Shown here: positions 24,756 to 34,507 of the stretch, in pieces
Numbering within the stretch: the first letter of the stretch is position 1
Layout of the letters: each line of letters opens with the position of its first letter
Assembly (NCBI GenBank): GCA_028867435.1
Contig: JAGWGI010000003.1
Location: 15 to 64,014, forward strand
Direction of reading: 5' to 3'
DNA: 64,000 nucleotides
Origin: Candidatus Micrarchaeota archaeon
GTDB taxonomy: Archaea; Micrarchaeota; Micrarchaeia; Micrarchaeales; CABMGC01
Program-made: the position numbers and the translations under genes
The notes under the pieces: generated by a model
Seen by the model: the letters and a program-made list of their open reading frames with translations, nothing else
Told to the model about the DNA's origin: nothing
Database searches by the model: none

Positions 24756-26861
24756 TCACTTTATAAGTATAGCAGGATAGCACGCAGCCATGAAGGCATC
24801 GTTGCCGCTTACGCTCATCACAGAGCCGTAGAACGAGTAGATGCCAATAGAGCTTGTGGAGGCGCTTGTCATCAGTACCACAGGTATGCCCTGCTGGGCG
24901 TACTGGCTCATGCAGGAGCCTGCCGAGATGGTCCTGTTCTGCACAGTGCACAAGGAGTTGCTTATTGTAGCCCTTATCACCTTCTTGTGCATAGCACCCA
25001 GCTGGCTGCTAAGCGCAGTTGCGCACGAGGTCTCATTTGGAGTTTGGGTGCCGTTTATTATTATCGCAACTGAGCTTGCGCTGCTTATTGCACTATTGAA
25101 AGCGCCGCTTGGTGCAGAGGCGTTTGCTGCGCTTGCATAGGCATAGTTTATCGCTATGCCTATTATGACAAGCGCCGCTATTATCAAAAACACCTTTCTC
25201 CAAGCGCTTATGCTGCGGGGGCTTATCCTTAGCTTGTGCTTGCCCATAAGCGAGGCGTAGTAAGCATAGACTAGCAGCAAGATCACTATTCCCACCAGAG
25301 CAGAGGTCAGTGGGGCTATGAACGGGACGAGAGCTATGGCACTTTGGTAGCTTGGGCCAATCAACGGCGCGAGTACCCCTACAAGCGGGGCATCTAGAGC
25401 CCTTGTGAACTCTGTTAGGCTAAATAGCGGCTCTGAGCCATAGAATGCGCCTTTAATCTGCCTGGAATACGCAGTTAGCTGCGCTGCAACTGCTGTGGCA
25501 TTTGAGAGCTTGCCGTTGACCTGTATGTTGTAGGCAAGCTGCGAGTACGCAAGAGAGGCGATGTTTGGAGCCTGGCTTTTGGAATCTAGCTGCGCCATTA
25601 TTAGAAGTGCAGTGTTGTTTGATGCAAGGGCAGTGACATTTAAGTAGGAGGCCTCAAGCCTTGAGTAGGTCGACTGCATTGCAGAAAGCTTTAGGGCAAG
25701 GCTTGCTGTGGCCTTTGTGAGGTTCACGGAAAGCAGGTTTTGGGTCAAGTTCGCATATGCGCCCTGCACGCCAAGGAGCTGTGATGAGAGGGTTGCGTTG
25801 CTGAGGTGGGTTAGCAGCATCGCAGTCTTGTTGACAGATGGCCTGTACTGGGCAAGCGTGGTGTTCATCAGTGTGGCAAACTGCGAGTTCTTGCTTTTTG
25901 TTAGCACCGGCAGCACGTATGTATCCTCAAGAACGCTAGTGTTTGCCGCAACGCCCATTATCTGCTGATTAGTTATCGGCAGCGCATTTATGTTGTTTAG
26001 CATCACCTGCACCTGGTTTAGCAGGGAGTAGTTGTACGTCACGAACTGGCAGAACCCGACAGCGTTGCAGTACCATGGCCCTGAGAGAGACGGGACATTG
26101 GATGTGAAGCTTGGTTGCGATCCCTTGATGTAGTTGCTGCATGCTGCGAACTGGGAGTTTGTGATGTTTGCAAGAGGGGGGAAGATCGGGTTCTGGTAGA
26201 GGGACCTTGAGATTGAGGAGATGTTTGCAAATGAGCTATTTAGCAAGGCCTGGTCCTTTCCTATGCTGCTTGAGTTTACGATCTTTGATAGGGCAAAGAA
26301 GTTATTGAAGCTTGAGTTTAGTATCCCATAGCCTGACTCAAACTGCATTATGCCTATGCCTATGGTGCCTGTAGGACCGCCTGTTGCGTATAGCGCCTTT
26401 GAGCAGTCGGGATTTAGGCCGCAGGACTGGCAGTAGTTAGCAGCAGTGCAGGTTGCCCCTGATGCAAGCCCTGTTTCAACAAGGCAGTCTGAGATCGATG
26501 TGGATGAGGAGCTCTGGTAGCGCTTAAGCATTGAGGAGAGCTGGGGGTAGTTTGCTAGCTTTATGCTCGCATTTAGCACATGCGGCCTGATTATGTTGTA
26601 GATCTGCGTCGCATTCAGCACTATCAAGTAAGGGCTTGAACTCACGTTTATAACAAAGAACGGGGTGGTTCCCTGATAGAGCGTGACATAGTTGCTTCCC
26701 AGATACGTGGCATTTACAGCTGTTAGCGAGCTGCTTAGAGCAGTTGAGACGTTGTAGGAAGAGAGCGAGGAGTATACCTGGGTTATCGAGTAAGCGCCAA
26801 CGCAGTTTATCAGCACAAGGGATGCTATCAGAAGAGATGCATAGCGCAGGTTATTCATCAA
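24756..26861 (-). CDS. Secreted, heavily sequon-decorated coiled-coil-like protein with C-terminal TM segments and a 4-Cys domain (possible S-layer anchor)
   Basis: Signal-like N-terminus MMNNLRYASLLIASLVLINCVGA. A long N/S/L/A/Q-rich region carries well over a dozen N-x-S/T sequons. Hydrophobic segments lie near residues 490-575. Confidence 0.6.
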   Translation of the reverse strand: MMNNLRYASLLIASLVLINCVGAYSITQVYSSLSSYNVSTALSSSLTAVNATYLGSNYVTLYQGTTPFFVINVSSSPYLIVLNATQIYNIIRPHVLNASIKLANYPQLSSMLKRYQSSSSTSISDCLVETGLASGATCTAANYCQSCGLNPDCSKALYATGGPTGTIGIGIMQFESGYGILNSSFNNFFALSKIVNSSSIGKDQALLNSSFANISSISRSLYQNPIFPPLANITNSQFAACSNYIKGSQPSFTSNVPSLSGPWYCNAVGFCQFVTYNYSLLNQVQVMLNNINALPITNQQIMGVAANTSVLEDTYVLPVLTKSKNSQFATLMNTTLAQYRPSVNKTAMLLTHLSNATLSSQLLGVQGAYANLTQNLLSVNLTKATASLALKLSAMQSTYSRLEASYLNVTALASNNTALLIMAQLDSKSQAPNIASLAYSQLAYNIQVNGKLSNATAVAAQLTAYSRQIKGAFYGSEPLFSLTEFTRALDAPLVGVLAPLIGPSYQSAIALVPFIAPLTSALVGIVILLLVYAYYASLMGKHKLRISPRSISAWRKVFLIIAALVIIGIAINYAYASAANASAPSGAFNSAISSASSVAIIINGTQTPNETSCATALSSQLGAMHKKVIRATISNSLCTVQNRTISAGSCMSQYAQQGIPVVLMTSASTSSIGIYSFYGSVMSVSGNDAFMAACYPAILIK

Positions 26862-26958
26862 ACCACAATTCCTGCTACTTATGAGAAGTCAATATTTAAA
26901 TACATTACAATGGCATGCGGGCAGCAAGCCTTGCAAGCTTCGGCACTCCCTGCAAGTT

Positions 26959-28626
26959 TTAGCGCCTTGACTTTTTACCGCGGCGTGTGTAGTAGAATAC
27001 GGCTACAACAATTATTATTATGATTACAATCACTCCTATTGCAATGCCGCTGCTGCTTTGTGGTACTTGGGTGCTTGCTATGGTTGTAGCAGGGGTAGAG
27101 TTTGCTGCCTGCGCAGTGGTTGTTTGGGCTGTTGTGGCCACAGTAGTGCTTGCAGTTGTTGCTACTGGCGTCTGGACTGAATAGAAGCGCAGTGTTGCCT
27201 GCTTTGTGGTATAAGATACGCTTGTTAGTTCTACGTATACGCTTGCAGTCGAGTTGCTGCGGATAAGAACCGGGTTATCAAGTGTCAGATTGTATGTAGC
27301 AGGGTCGTTTACTGTAATCTTAACGTAATTTGAGCCAAATGAGACATTGGTGATTGTAAATGGCGTTCCGCCGATTGTTACCCCGAACGATGAGCTGGGA
27401 GACACGTTTGATACAGTTGAGTTGCCGTTGCTCACATTCACAGTAGGCTTGCTGCTAACTGTAGTTGTTGGAATCGTAGAGGCAACTGTGGTTGTGCTTG
27501 CTGAGCCGCCTCCGCTAACTCCTCCGCCTCCTCCACCGCCGCCACGGCCAAGAGGATTTGCAACTACGCTCACAGTGTTGGTAATTGAGTTTGATGCTCC
27601 GTTGCTGTCTGTTATCGAGATTGTGTAGGTGTCTGCCTGCAGTGGCGAATCCGTGCACATTGCATTTGTCGAGGTCGTAGATGATACTGTGCATGAGGAG
27701 AGTGAGTCGTGATTTGAGTCAGAGAACGTGTAGGTGTATGAGCCAGATCCGCCGATTACATTTGCCGTGAGTATCACAGATGTGCCGAAGTAGACTGTGG
27801 AGCTGTTCACCTGCAGCGTAGGCTGGATCACAGAACTTACAACAATGGCATTTGTAGGCGAAGATACGACTACATTAGTGGTTGCAAAGTCTGTTATCTT
27901 GTAGCAGTATGTGTTTGTGGACAGAGGGGTTGCGACATAGGTGTTTGATGTTGCCCCTGTTATCGCGCTGTCAGATGAGCATGTGGTGGAGCTGCCAGTG
28001 TACCACTGGTAGATGTATCCGTTTACTATCCCGTTTGTAGTTCCGCCGCTAGGCCTTGCCAGCAGAGTTTTTGACTGCCCAAGGTCTATTGTGTTGCCGC
28101 CTGATGAGGTTAGGGCCACTGCAGCTACAAGCGCAGGGTTGATCGTAAGGGAGTCTGTAGAGGTAGTGAGCGAGTTATCTGCAAGGGTGTTTGAGTCTCC
28201 TGCGCCAAAGGCGATGGTCCATGCACCCAGTATTGAATTTGTGCTGGTAAGAGTTCCGAGTAGAATATTGGACGGGGCACCTAGCTGATAGTTGATCTGT
28301 GTTGCAGAGATGGCATTGAATACAAAGAGCGCATTTACAGGAAGAATAGTGTTGCCCAAGATTGTGGGGAGGGTGTTGCCAGATGAGAGCCCTGTGGCAG
28401 TTGTTGGCACAGTGTAGATGGCGTTAAAAGCATAGCCAGGGTTCAGATTGACGCCGCTGTCTGTCAGTATAGCGTTTGCAACTGTGATCTGTCCTACATC
28501 GATTACAGTATTTGAAATAAGAGGAGGATTGGGATTTGCAACGGTAGCCTGTGTCATAACCGGCATTAAAAGAATCGAAAAGACGAGCAGCAAAGAAAGC
28601 TTTATTTCTCTTGTATACATATTCAT
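26959..28626 (-). CDS. Secreted adhesin-like protein with Ig-like repeats, poly-Gly linker, Thr-rich stalk and C-terminal TM anchor
   Basis: It has a signal-like N-terminus and a YQWYTGSS..ITGATSNTYV repeat motif. These are followed by GRGGGGGGGGVSGGGS, a T/A-rich stalk, the TM segment IAIGVIVIIIIIVVAVFYY and RRGKKSRR. Confidence 0.65.
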   Translation of the reverse strand: MNMYTREIKLSLLLVFSILLMPVMTQATVANPNPPLISNTVIDVGQITVANAILTDSGVNLNPGYAFNAIYTVPTTATGLSSGNTLPTILGNTILPVNALFVFNAISATQINYQLGAPSNILLGTLTSTNSILGAWTIAFGAGDSNTLADNSLTTSTDSLTINPALVAAVALTSSGGNTIDLGQSKTLLARPSGGTTNGIVNGYIYQWYTGSSTTCSSDSAITGATSNTYVATPLSTNTYCYKITDFATTNVVVSSPTNAIVVSSVIQPTLQVNSSTVYFGTSVILTANVIGGSGSYTYTFSDSNHDSLSSCTVSSTTSTNAMCTDSPLQADTYTISITDSNGASNSITNTVSVVANPLGRGGGGGGGGVSGGGSASTTTVASTIPTTTVSSKPTVNVSNGNSTVSNVSPSSSFGVTIGGTPFTITNVSFGSNYVKITVNDPATYNLTLDNPVLIRSNSTASVYVELTSVSYTTKQATLRFYSVQTPVATTASTTVATTAQTTTAQAANSTPATTIASTQVPQSSSGIAIGVIVIIIIIVVAVFYYTRRGKKSRR

Positions 28627-28649
28627 CCTCCTAGCACATGCTTAAACCG

Positions 28650-28697
28650 TAGAAGACTGTAAAAATAAAAAATAAAATGAAGAGGCAAAAAGCCTCT
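28650..28697 (-). terminator. Hairpin plus oligo-T terminator downstream of the 1098-aa gene
   Basis: On the minus strand, agaggc-ttttt-gcctct (6-bp stem, 28681-28697) is followed by ttcattttattttttattttt. Confidence 0.45.
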
Positions 28698-28724
28698 CAT
28701 TACCGCTTGGAACTAACTGCGCGC

Positions 28725-31700
28725 TTAATGCCCTGCGTTGGTCAGAAGGTCCTGGATGAACTGGTTTCCTGCCTGCACAGTCTGTGAAGCAGAGTAGCCA
28801 GCTACCAAAATCCTGCTCGTCCCAAATGCCTGCACTATTGGTGTGGAGTTCGGTCCGAACGAAGAGATGGCTGCTGTCTGCGCATCTGTCGTGTTGGAGA
28901 AGATGGATGCAGCTACGCTGTTAACGTATTTGCTTCCCACCACTATCAACGTGGACGCCTGGTTCGCATTGGAATCAAGTATGGCAAGAGGCGTTGTCGC
29001 AGTGTTCAAAGGAACATTGACGATTGCCTGTTTCTGCGACGGTGTCGCAGTCAGGTTCTTTATTCCTCCTATGCCAACAGTGCACGAACTTGAAGCCACT
29101 GCTCCGCCGCATGTCGCATTTACCTGGGCGATTGTGACGTTAGCAATGTTCGTTGCCTGGCCTACTCCATAAGGACCATAGTTGGTTGTCGTTGTCGAGA
29201 CTGTCGAGCTTGCAGGTCCAACCACTACGTTTAGCAGGTCAATAGACTTTGCTATGTCGAAGGTCGCGCCCGTCGTTGAGATCGATGCGATTTGTCCGCC
29301 ACGTTCAGGTCTAAAGCCAGGTTTTGCAAGGGTTGCGCCCTGTCCTGAGCTTGCTTGGGTCAACGAGTTGTACTCCCAAGCTGTGCCTGTTGCGCCGCTA
29401 AATCCTGTAGTGGAGTTTATCCAATACAGAGTTCCAGAGCCAACTGTAGTCTGGTTCATGATGCCGATTATCACGTTAGACTGCGCTGTTGACCCTGTGG
29501 TCGACGTTATCAGAGGTATGTCGTACTTGAAGTACTGCGCCCTGCTGTTTAGCGTCGAAGGTGCTGCTTGTGGCTCCAAAAGGAAGTTTATGTTCGACCC
29601 CTGTCCAGTGTACGCTACAGTGCTTGTCACGGCGTTTGCCGCAATGTTGTAGTTGTAGTTAGGCGTTGTGTACTGCAGTGTTGGACCGAAGTAGATCAAC
29701 TGTCCCAAGAGCACAGAGTTTCCCTGTACCACCGAGTTTGCGGTCGCAAGAAGGTTTTTAGAGCCGGTAACCTGGTTGAGGTTTGCAGACTCATAGACCT
29801 GCACTATTGATCCTGTCTGACCTGCTGGCAATGCATAACTTAGCTGGATGTTGGTTACGTTCACAAGATTCACGTTAGCTACAGCCTGAATCGTATTGAA
29901 GGCTGTGAACTGGAACGGCTGGTTGGTTATTGCAGATGCAGACTGGCTGTTGTTCTTATATCCGCTAACCGTTACCGTGAATGGGCTTGCTATGTAGTTG
30001 CCATCCATGGTGACAGAGTTTAGAGGTATAGCTGCAAATATTCCAGGCGCTGGTGCCTGTACTCCAGAACCAATCACATTCGCTATTCCGTTCACTGAAA
30101 TCGAGTTCATAGGCACGTATGCATACGAGTCAAGGTCGTATGTCAGGGTGCTAAGCGAAGACGATGGAGATACTCCACTGCCTCCTGCAACCACTGTGAA
30201 TGCCTGAGGAAGCTGGCTCGTCACTGTGAAGAGATTGGTCGGCTCTGTTACTACTGTCTGGTTGATTGTGTTGTGGGCGAGGTCTGTTCCGATTCCAGCT
30301 GCAGTGTCTAATATTGCCTGGTACGGCTGAAGTCCACTAGCCACGGAGTTGAAGGTATAGGTATTTACTACATTGGTCGTGTATGCAGCACCATTGTTTG
30401 TAGGGTTGCTGTATGTGGTCTTAGCGTTGCTCTGTGTTGCAAACTGGATGGCGTCGAAGTTGCTGTTAGACGATCCAGGTGCGCCAAGTGAGCTTCCTGC
30501 AAAGGTGACCTTCCATGCCGCTGGGTTGTTTATTAGGTTAAAGGACTGCCCAGAGCTCAGTGTCATGCTCTTTGAGAGGTTGCTGTATAGGACTATTCCC
30601 TGAAGAACAGAGTTCTGATCTACTGCCCCATATCCAGCGCCTGCGTATGCGCCGATTGCGCTGGTCTGGTTTGATGACCAGTGCAGTGCCGCATACCAGT
30701 TGGTGTTGTTCGTGTTGAACACCTTTCCGCTCGTAACGTTTACAACGTTAGAAAAGAGCTGGATCTGCGCCCATTTCTGGTAAGCATACAGACCTGGGAA
30801 GGTCGTGCCTACAGCAATGTAGAGCTTTGTTCCAGAAGCGTTTATTGTCTTTGTGGTGCTTGGACCTATAGAAGTCTCGTTTGTGAGCACTCCGTTCTTG
30901 TAGACTGCAACTGCTGCGCTGCTGATTCCTGAGCTGCTAGGGTATGAAAGATCCTGAAGCACTACTGTGAATGCTCCTGCTGTAACGTTGTGGCCCACAT
31001 AGACTGTCTGCTGAGGGGTTATTGCCTGTGCCAGCTGCAGTGTTCCTCCAGAGGTCTGTGACGTTCCGGTCACAAAGTTTGTGGAGCTAGGAATAGATCC
31101 TGCTGTTGGCAATGAAGCAGAGTAGATTGTCCAGTTGCTTCCAAGGAACTCGAATGACGCGTGGTTTGCAACGTCGTTTCCAGCATTGGTCACGTTCGAG
31201 AAAATCTTTAGAGGATTTCCGAACACTACCTGGTATGCGCCCATTGTGTCAAGTATCTGAAGTCCGCCTCCTGTGGTCTGGTTGAATACAGGGAAGCCTG
31301 CGAGCCAGAGGTACTCAGATTCCTGGCTTGCTCCTGCGCTGTTCATAAGTCCAGGTACCTGCGAGCTTGTGAACCTTACCACGTTGTCGTAGTATGTTCC
31401 GGATGAGAATGTAGTGAATGAAACTCCTCCGCCGTTGGTGTTAAACGATGCAGGGTTAGGTGCTGAAAGTGGTGCGCCTATTCCTGCCCATGCTGATGTT
31501 GGGTTTGGAGATCCTGTTACTGCAAATCCAACCGTTGATGCGGGGTTTTCTCCATATGAGTATGAGCCTGAGCCCTGCAGGGTCTTGGAACTTGAGATTG
31601 TCCCAAAGTTTAATACTGCGCCGTTTAGCACAGAACCAATCAAAGCCTTAACAGTGTATGATCCTGTTGCAGTAACTGCGCCCTTCTCTCCTAGCCAGAC

Positions 31701-32021
31701 CTGCTGGTTTGAGAGCGTGCATGAAGAGGTGGTTGTTACGCACTTTAAGCCTGCTGTGTTTCCTACAGTTGCTGTTATGTTGGTAGAGGTGAATGCTAAG
31801 TTGCCGATTACTGCGGCAATGTTCGCAGCCACAACGCCGTCGCTGGGTTGAGCCGAACCACCGACTACTATCTGGACAACTGGTTGTCCCTGTGAGTTTA
31901 TTATCGGTATGTTGCTGAATGTTACTCCGCTTGCGAATACTATTCCGGTCGCCAAACTTGCTGCGATTGCAGCTATTCTCTTTGCGTTAAGGCTTTTCAT
32001 TCTATCACGTATATTACACAT
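28725..32021 (-). CDS. Large secreted surface protein, candidate S-layer protein
   Basis: 1098 aa. The signal peptide MKSLNAKRIAAIAASLATGIVFASG suggests an alternative start at 32000. It is Thr/Ser/Asn/Gly-rich with many sequons (NIT, NQT, NVT, NWT, NET..) and has no TM anchor. It is the first gene of the surface operon. Confidence 0.65.
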   Translation of the reverse strand: MCNIRDRMKSLNAKRIAAIAASLATGIVFASGVTFSNIPIINSQGQPVVQIVVGGSAQPSDGVVAANIAAVIGNLAFTSTNITATVGNTAGLKCVTTTSSCTLSNQQVWLGEKGAVTATGSYTVKALIGSVLNGAVLNFGTISSSKTLQGSGSYSYGENPASTVGFAVTGSPNPTSAWAGIGAPLSAPNPASFNTNGGGVSFTTFSSGTYYDNVVRFTSSQVPGLMNSAGASQESEYLWLAGFPVFNQTTGGGLQILDTMGAYQVVFGNPLKIFSNVTNAGNDVANHASFEFLGSNWTIYSASLPTAGSIPSSTNFVTGTSQTSGGTLQLAQAITPQQTVYVGHNVTAGAFTVVLQDLSYPSSSGISSAAVAVYKNGVLTNETSIGPSTTKTINASGTKLYIAVGTTFPGLYAYQKWAQIQLFSNVVNVTSGKVFNTNNTNWYAALHWSSNQTSAIGAYAGAGYGAVDQNSVLQGIVLYSNLSKSMTLSSGQSFNLINNPAAWKVTFAGSSLGAPGSSNSNFDAIQFATQSNAKTTYSNPTNNGAAYTTNVVNTYTFNSVASGLQPYQAILDTAAGIGTDLAHNTINQTVVTEPTNLFTVTSQLPQAFTVVAGGSGVSPSSSLSTLTYDLDSYAYVPMNSISVNGIANVIGSGVQAPAPGIFAAIPLNSVTMDGNYIASPFTVTVSGYKNNSQSASAITNQPFQFTAFNTIQAVANVNLVNVTNIQLSYALPAGQTGSIVQVYESANLNQVTGSKNLLATANSVVQGNSVLLGQLIYFGPTLQYTTPNYNYNIAANAVTSTVAYTGQGSNINFLLEPQAAPSTLNSRAQYFKYDIPLITSTTGSTAQSNVIIGIMNQTTVGSGTLYWINSTTGFSGATGTAWEYNSLTQASSGQGATLAKPGFRPERGGQIASISTTGATFDIAKSIDLLNVVVGPASSTVSTTTTNYGPYGVGQATNIANVTIAQVNATCGGAVASSSCTVGIGGIKNLTATPSQKQAIVNVPLNTATTPLAILDSNANQASTLIVVGSKYVNSVAASIFSNTTDAQTAAISSFGPNSTPIVQAFGTSRILVAGYSASQTVQAGNQFIQDLLTNAGH

Positions 32022-32048
32022 TTGTGTGACTATTCATAAACTGTAAAG

Positions 32049-32056
32049 TATTTAAA
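32049..32056 (-). promoter_or_regulatory. TATA box (tttaaata on the minus strand) for the surface operon
   Basis: It lies 28 nt upstream of the first ATG (32021) of the 1098-aa gene. Confidence 0.4.
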
Positions 32057-32168
32057 GGATGCGGTTATGTTTGATAGTTTTTTTATATAATCTGCTTTAT
32101 TCATCGTCGATTGATGAAGTTGGCTTCTTCTATAAGCGAATCCCTTCGACGAAAGGCATATTTTCATC

Positions 32169-33272
32169 TCAGACAACCTCTTTTATGATCGCATTGCAAA
32201 CTTTTTCGATTTGTTCGTCAGTAAGCGTCGGCCCTGAAGGAAGCGAGACCCCTGATGCGGAAATTTTCTCTGCTACCAAGTATCTTCTTGACTGTTTATA
32301 CGGCGGCATTGTGTGCAGCGGATAGAAGATTGGCCTTGTCTCTATTCCCTTTGCCCAGAGCCTCTCCATTAGCGAGTCTTTGCAGACCTTTGCTTTCCCG
32401 CTGAGGAGTATGTTATACATCCAGTACACGCTATTCGCCCACTCCATCTGCGGCGAGAGCGTTATGTAGCCGTTGTCTGCCAGCTTCGAGAGTTTTTCTT
32501 CGTAGAGCCTTGCGATTTCCCTCTTCCTGCGTATAACACTATCCATCCTGTGAAGCTGGGCCACGCCTATTGCGGCCTGCATGTTTGTCATCCTGTAGTT
32601 GTACCCTATGACGTCGTACCAGTATCTCTTTGAGGGGTTCATGCCGTGATCCCTTAGTATCCTCATCTTCTGGTAGAGTGTCTCATCGTCTGTTATGCAC
32701 ATCCCGCCCTCGCCGCTGGATAGTATTTTGTTGCCGTAGAAGGAGAAAGAGGAGATATCCCCAAATGACCCGACGGTCTTGCCCTTGTACTTGGCCCCAT
32801 GCGCCTCAGCCGCGTCTTCCACAACGAATAGGTGGTGTTTTTGCGCAATCTCCATTATCAGATCCATGTCGCATGGATGTCCGTACAGATGCACAGGCAT
32901 TATCGCCCTTGTCCTCTTGGTTATGCACTTGCCTATCTTCTGCGGATCTATGCACCAGTACTCCTTGCTTGAATCGACAAAAACTGGCTTTGCCCCTGTG
33001 TACCGCACTGTGTTTGCACAGGCTATAAAAGTCAGAGTCGGTACTATTACTTCCTCCCTGCCACCTATTCCAAGTGCAGCCAGGGCCAGATGCAGTGAAA
33101 CCGTACCGTTTGAGGTTGCTACTGCATACTTTGTGCCCATCCTTTTGGCAAACTCTTCCTCGAACTGGGTGATGAACTTGCCCTTTGAGCTAATCCATGT
33201 GCTCTTGACTGCCTCTGTTACGTTCCTTAGCTCTTCTTCTCCAAGAAGCGGCTCGTAAATCGGTATTGTCAT
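32169..33272 (-). CDS. DegT/DnrJ/EryC1-family PLP aminotransferase, GDP-perosamine synthase-like
   Basis: 367 aa from the internal ATG (MTIPIYEPLLGEEE). ..SFYGNKILSSGEGG.. contains the PLP lysine context. Its start lies 2 nt after the stop of gmd. Confidence 0.8.
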   Translation of the reverse strand: MTIPIYEPLLGEEELRNVTEAVKSTWISSKGKFITQFEEEFAKRMGTKYAVATSNGTVSLHLALAALGIGGREEVIVPTLTFIACANTVRYTGAKPVFVDSSKEYWCIDPQKIGKCITKRTRAIMPVHLYGHPCDMDLIMEIAQKHHLFVVEDAAEAHGAKYKGKTVGSFGDISSFSFYGNKILSSGEGGMCITDDETLYQKMRILRDHGMNPSKRYWYDVIGYNYRMTNMQAAIGVAQLHRMDSVIRRKREIARLYEEKLSKLADNGYITLSPQMEWANSVYWMYNILLSGKAKVCKDSLMERLWAKGIETRPIFYPLHTMPPYKQSRRYLVAEKISASGVSLPSGPTLTDEQIEKVCNAIIKEVV

Positions 33273-33274
33273 GC

Positions 33275-34351
33275 TCACGCCTTGAGTGCCCTTGTGACTA
33301 TCTTTGCCTCGCTGGGATAGTTTGGCGCATCCCATGGGAATCTCTCGCCTGCAAGCAGCCTCTCCCAGCGCTCTATGTCAGATCTTACCATTATCTTCAC
33401 CAGCTCCTCGAACCTAGTCTTAGGCTCCCATCCCAACTCCTTCTTCGCCTTTGAGTAGTCCCCTCTTAGTGCATTAGTGTCTAGGGGCCTCATAAACCTC
33501 TTTGTTATCTTCACATGCTTTCTCCAGTTTAGGCCGGCTTCCTCGAATGCCGCACTGACGAACCCGAAGACAGAGTGGAACCTGTTTGTGGCAAGCACAT
33601 AATCGTCCGGGGTGTCCTGTTGCATGATCCTCCACATCCCTTCTACATACTCCGGAGCATACCCCCAGTCTCTCACGGACTTTACGTTACCAAGCTCCAG
33701 CTCACTTTCTATGCCGACTGCGATCTTGGCTATGCCATTGGTTATCTTCCTTGTCACGAACTCAAGGCCTCTAAGAGGCGACTCGTGGTTGAAGAGTATG
33801 CCCTGGCTTGCAAAGAGCTTGTATGATTGACGGTATATCTTTGTAATCCAGTAGCCGTAGAGCTTTGCTGCGGCGTATGGGCTGGTGGGTTTGAACGTGC
33901 TCTCCTCGCTAAGAGCCTTTGTTGAGAGTCCCTTTAGTCCATCTGATAGGCCGGATTGACCGTACATCTCGCTTGTAGAGGCCTGGTAGAACTTTATGTT
34001 AGGGTCTGCCTGCCTTATGGTTTCAAGGATCATAGCTATTGAGATTCCGTCCGTCTGGGTGGTGACCACTGGCTGCTCGAATGCTGCAGCAACAAAACTC
34101 TGGGCTGCTAGGTTGTAGAACTCGTCTGGCTTTGCTATGTTTATCGCCTCGGCTATCGAGCTCATATCATTTGCCTCGTATGGTATGAGCTGCACCTTGT
34201 CAAAGACGTCAAGATACTGCAGGCGCCAGAAGTTGGGAGTGGAGAGCCTCCTGAAGCCTCCAAAAACCTTATATCCTTTTTTGAGCAGCAGCTGGGCCAG
34301 ATATGCCCCATCTTGGCCAGTTATTCCTGTAATCAAAGCGGTCTTTGCCAT
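33275..34351 (-). CDS. gmd: GDP-mannose 4,6-dehydratase
   Basis: ALITGITGQDGAYLAQLLLKKGY.., ..STSEMYG.., ..SPYAAAKLYGYWI.. and ..ILFNHESPLRG.. are Gmd signatures. Confidence 0.9.
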   Translation of the reverse strand: MAKTALITGITGQDGAYLAQLLLKKGYKVFGGFRRLSTPNFWRLQYLDVFDKVQLIPYEANDMSSIAEAINIAKPDEFYNLAAQSFVAAAFEQPVVTTQTDGISIAMILETIRQADPNIKFYQASTSEMYGQSGLSDGLKGLSTKALSEESTFKPTSPYAAAKLYGYWITKIYRQSYKLFASQGILFNHESPLRGLEFVTRKITNGIAKIAVGIESELELGNVKSVRDWGYAPEYVEGMWRIMQQDTPDDYVLATNRFHSVFGFVSAAFEEAGLNWRKHVKITKRFMRPLDTNALRGDYSKAKKELGWEPKTRFEELVKIMVRSDIERWERLLAGERFPWDAPNYPSEAKIVTRALKA

Positions 34352-34507
34352 TTAATACGCCTAACTATAACAAATGCGCAGCTAAATATTTAATGCTTCA
34401 AGCCTCACTTGCCTCACTTCACTGCAACGGCTATTATGTCTGGCTTTAGCCTCTCTGATAGCACCCCAAGCACCCTGAATGCGAGCCGGTGTATCTGGTA
34501 TATGAGC

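Noticed and set aside
27484-27552. GGN-rich tract encoding GRGGGGGGGGVSGGGS as a possible hypervariable microsatellite
   Set aside because: The codons are mixed (ggc/gga/ggt/ggg interspersed), so it is not a pure repeat. It reads as an ordinary flexible linker within the 555-aa surface protein.
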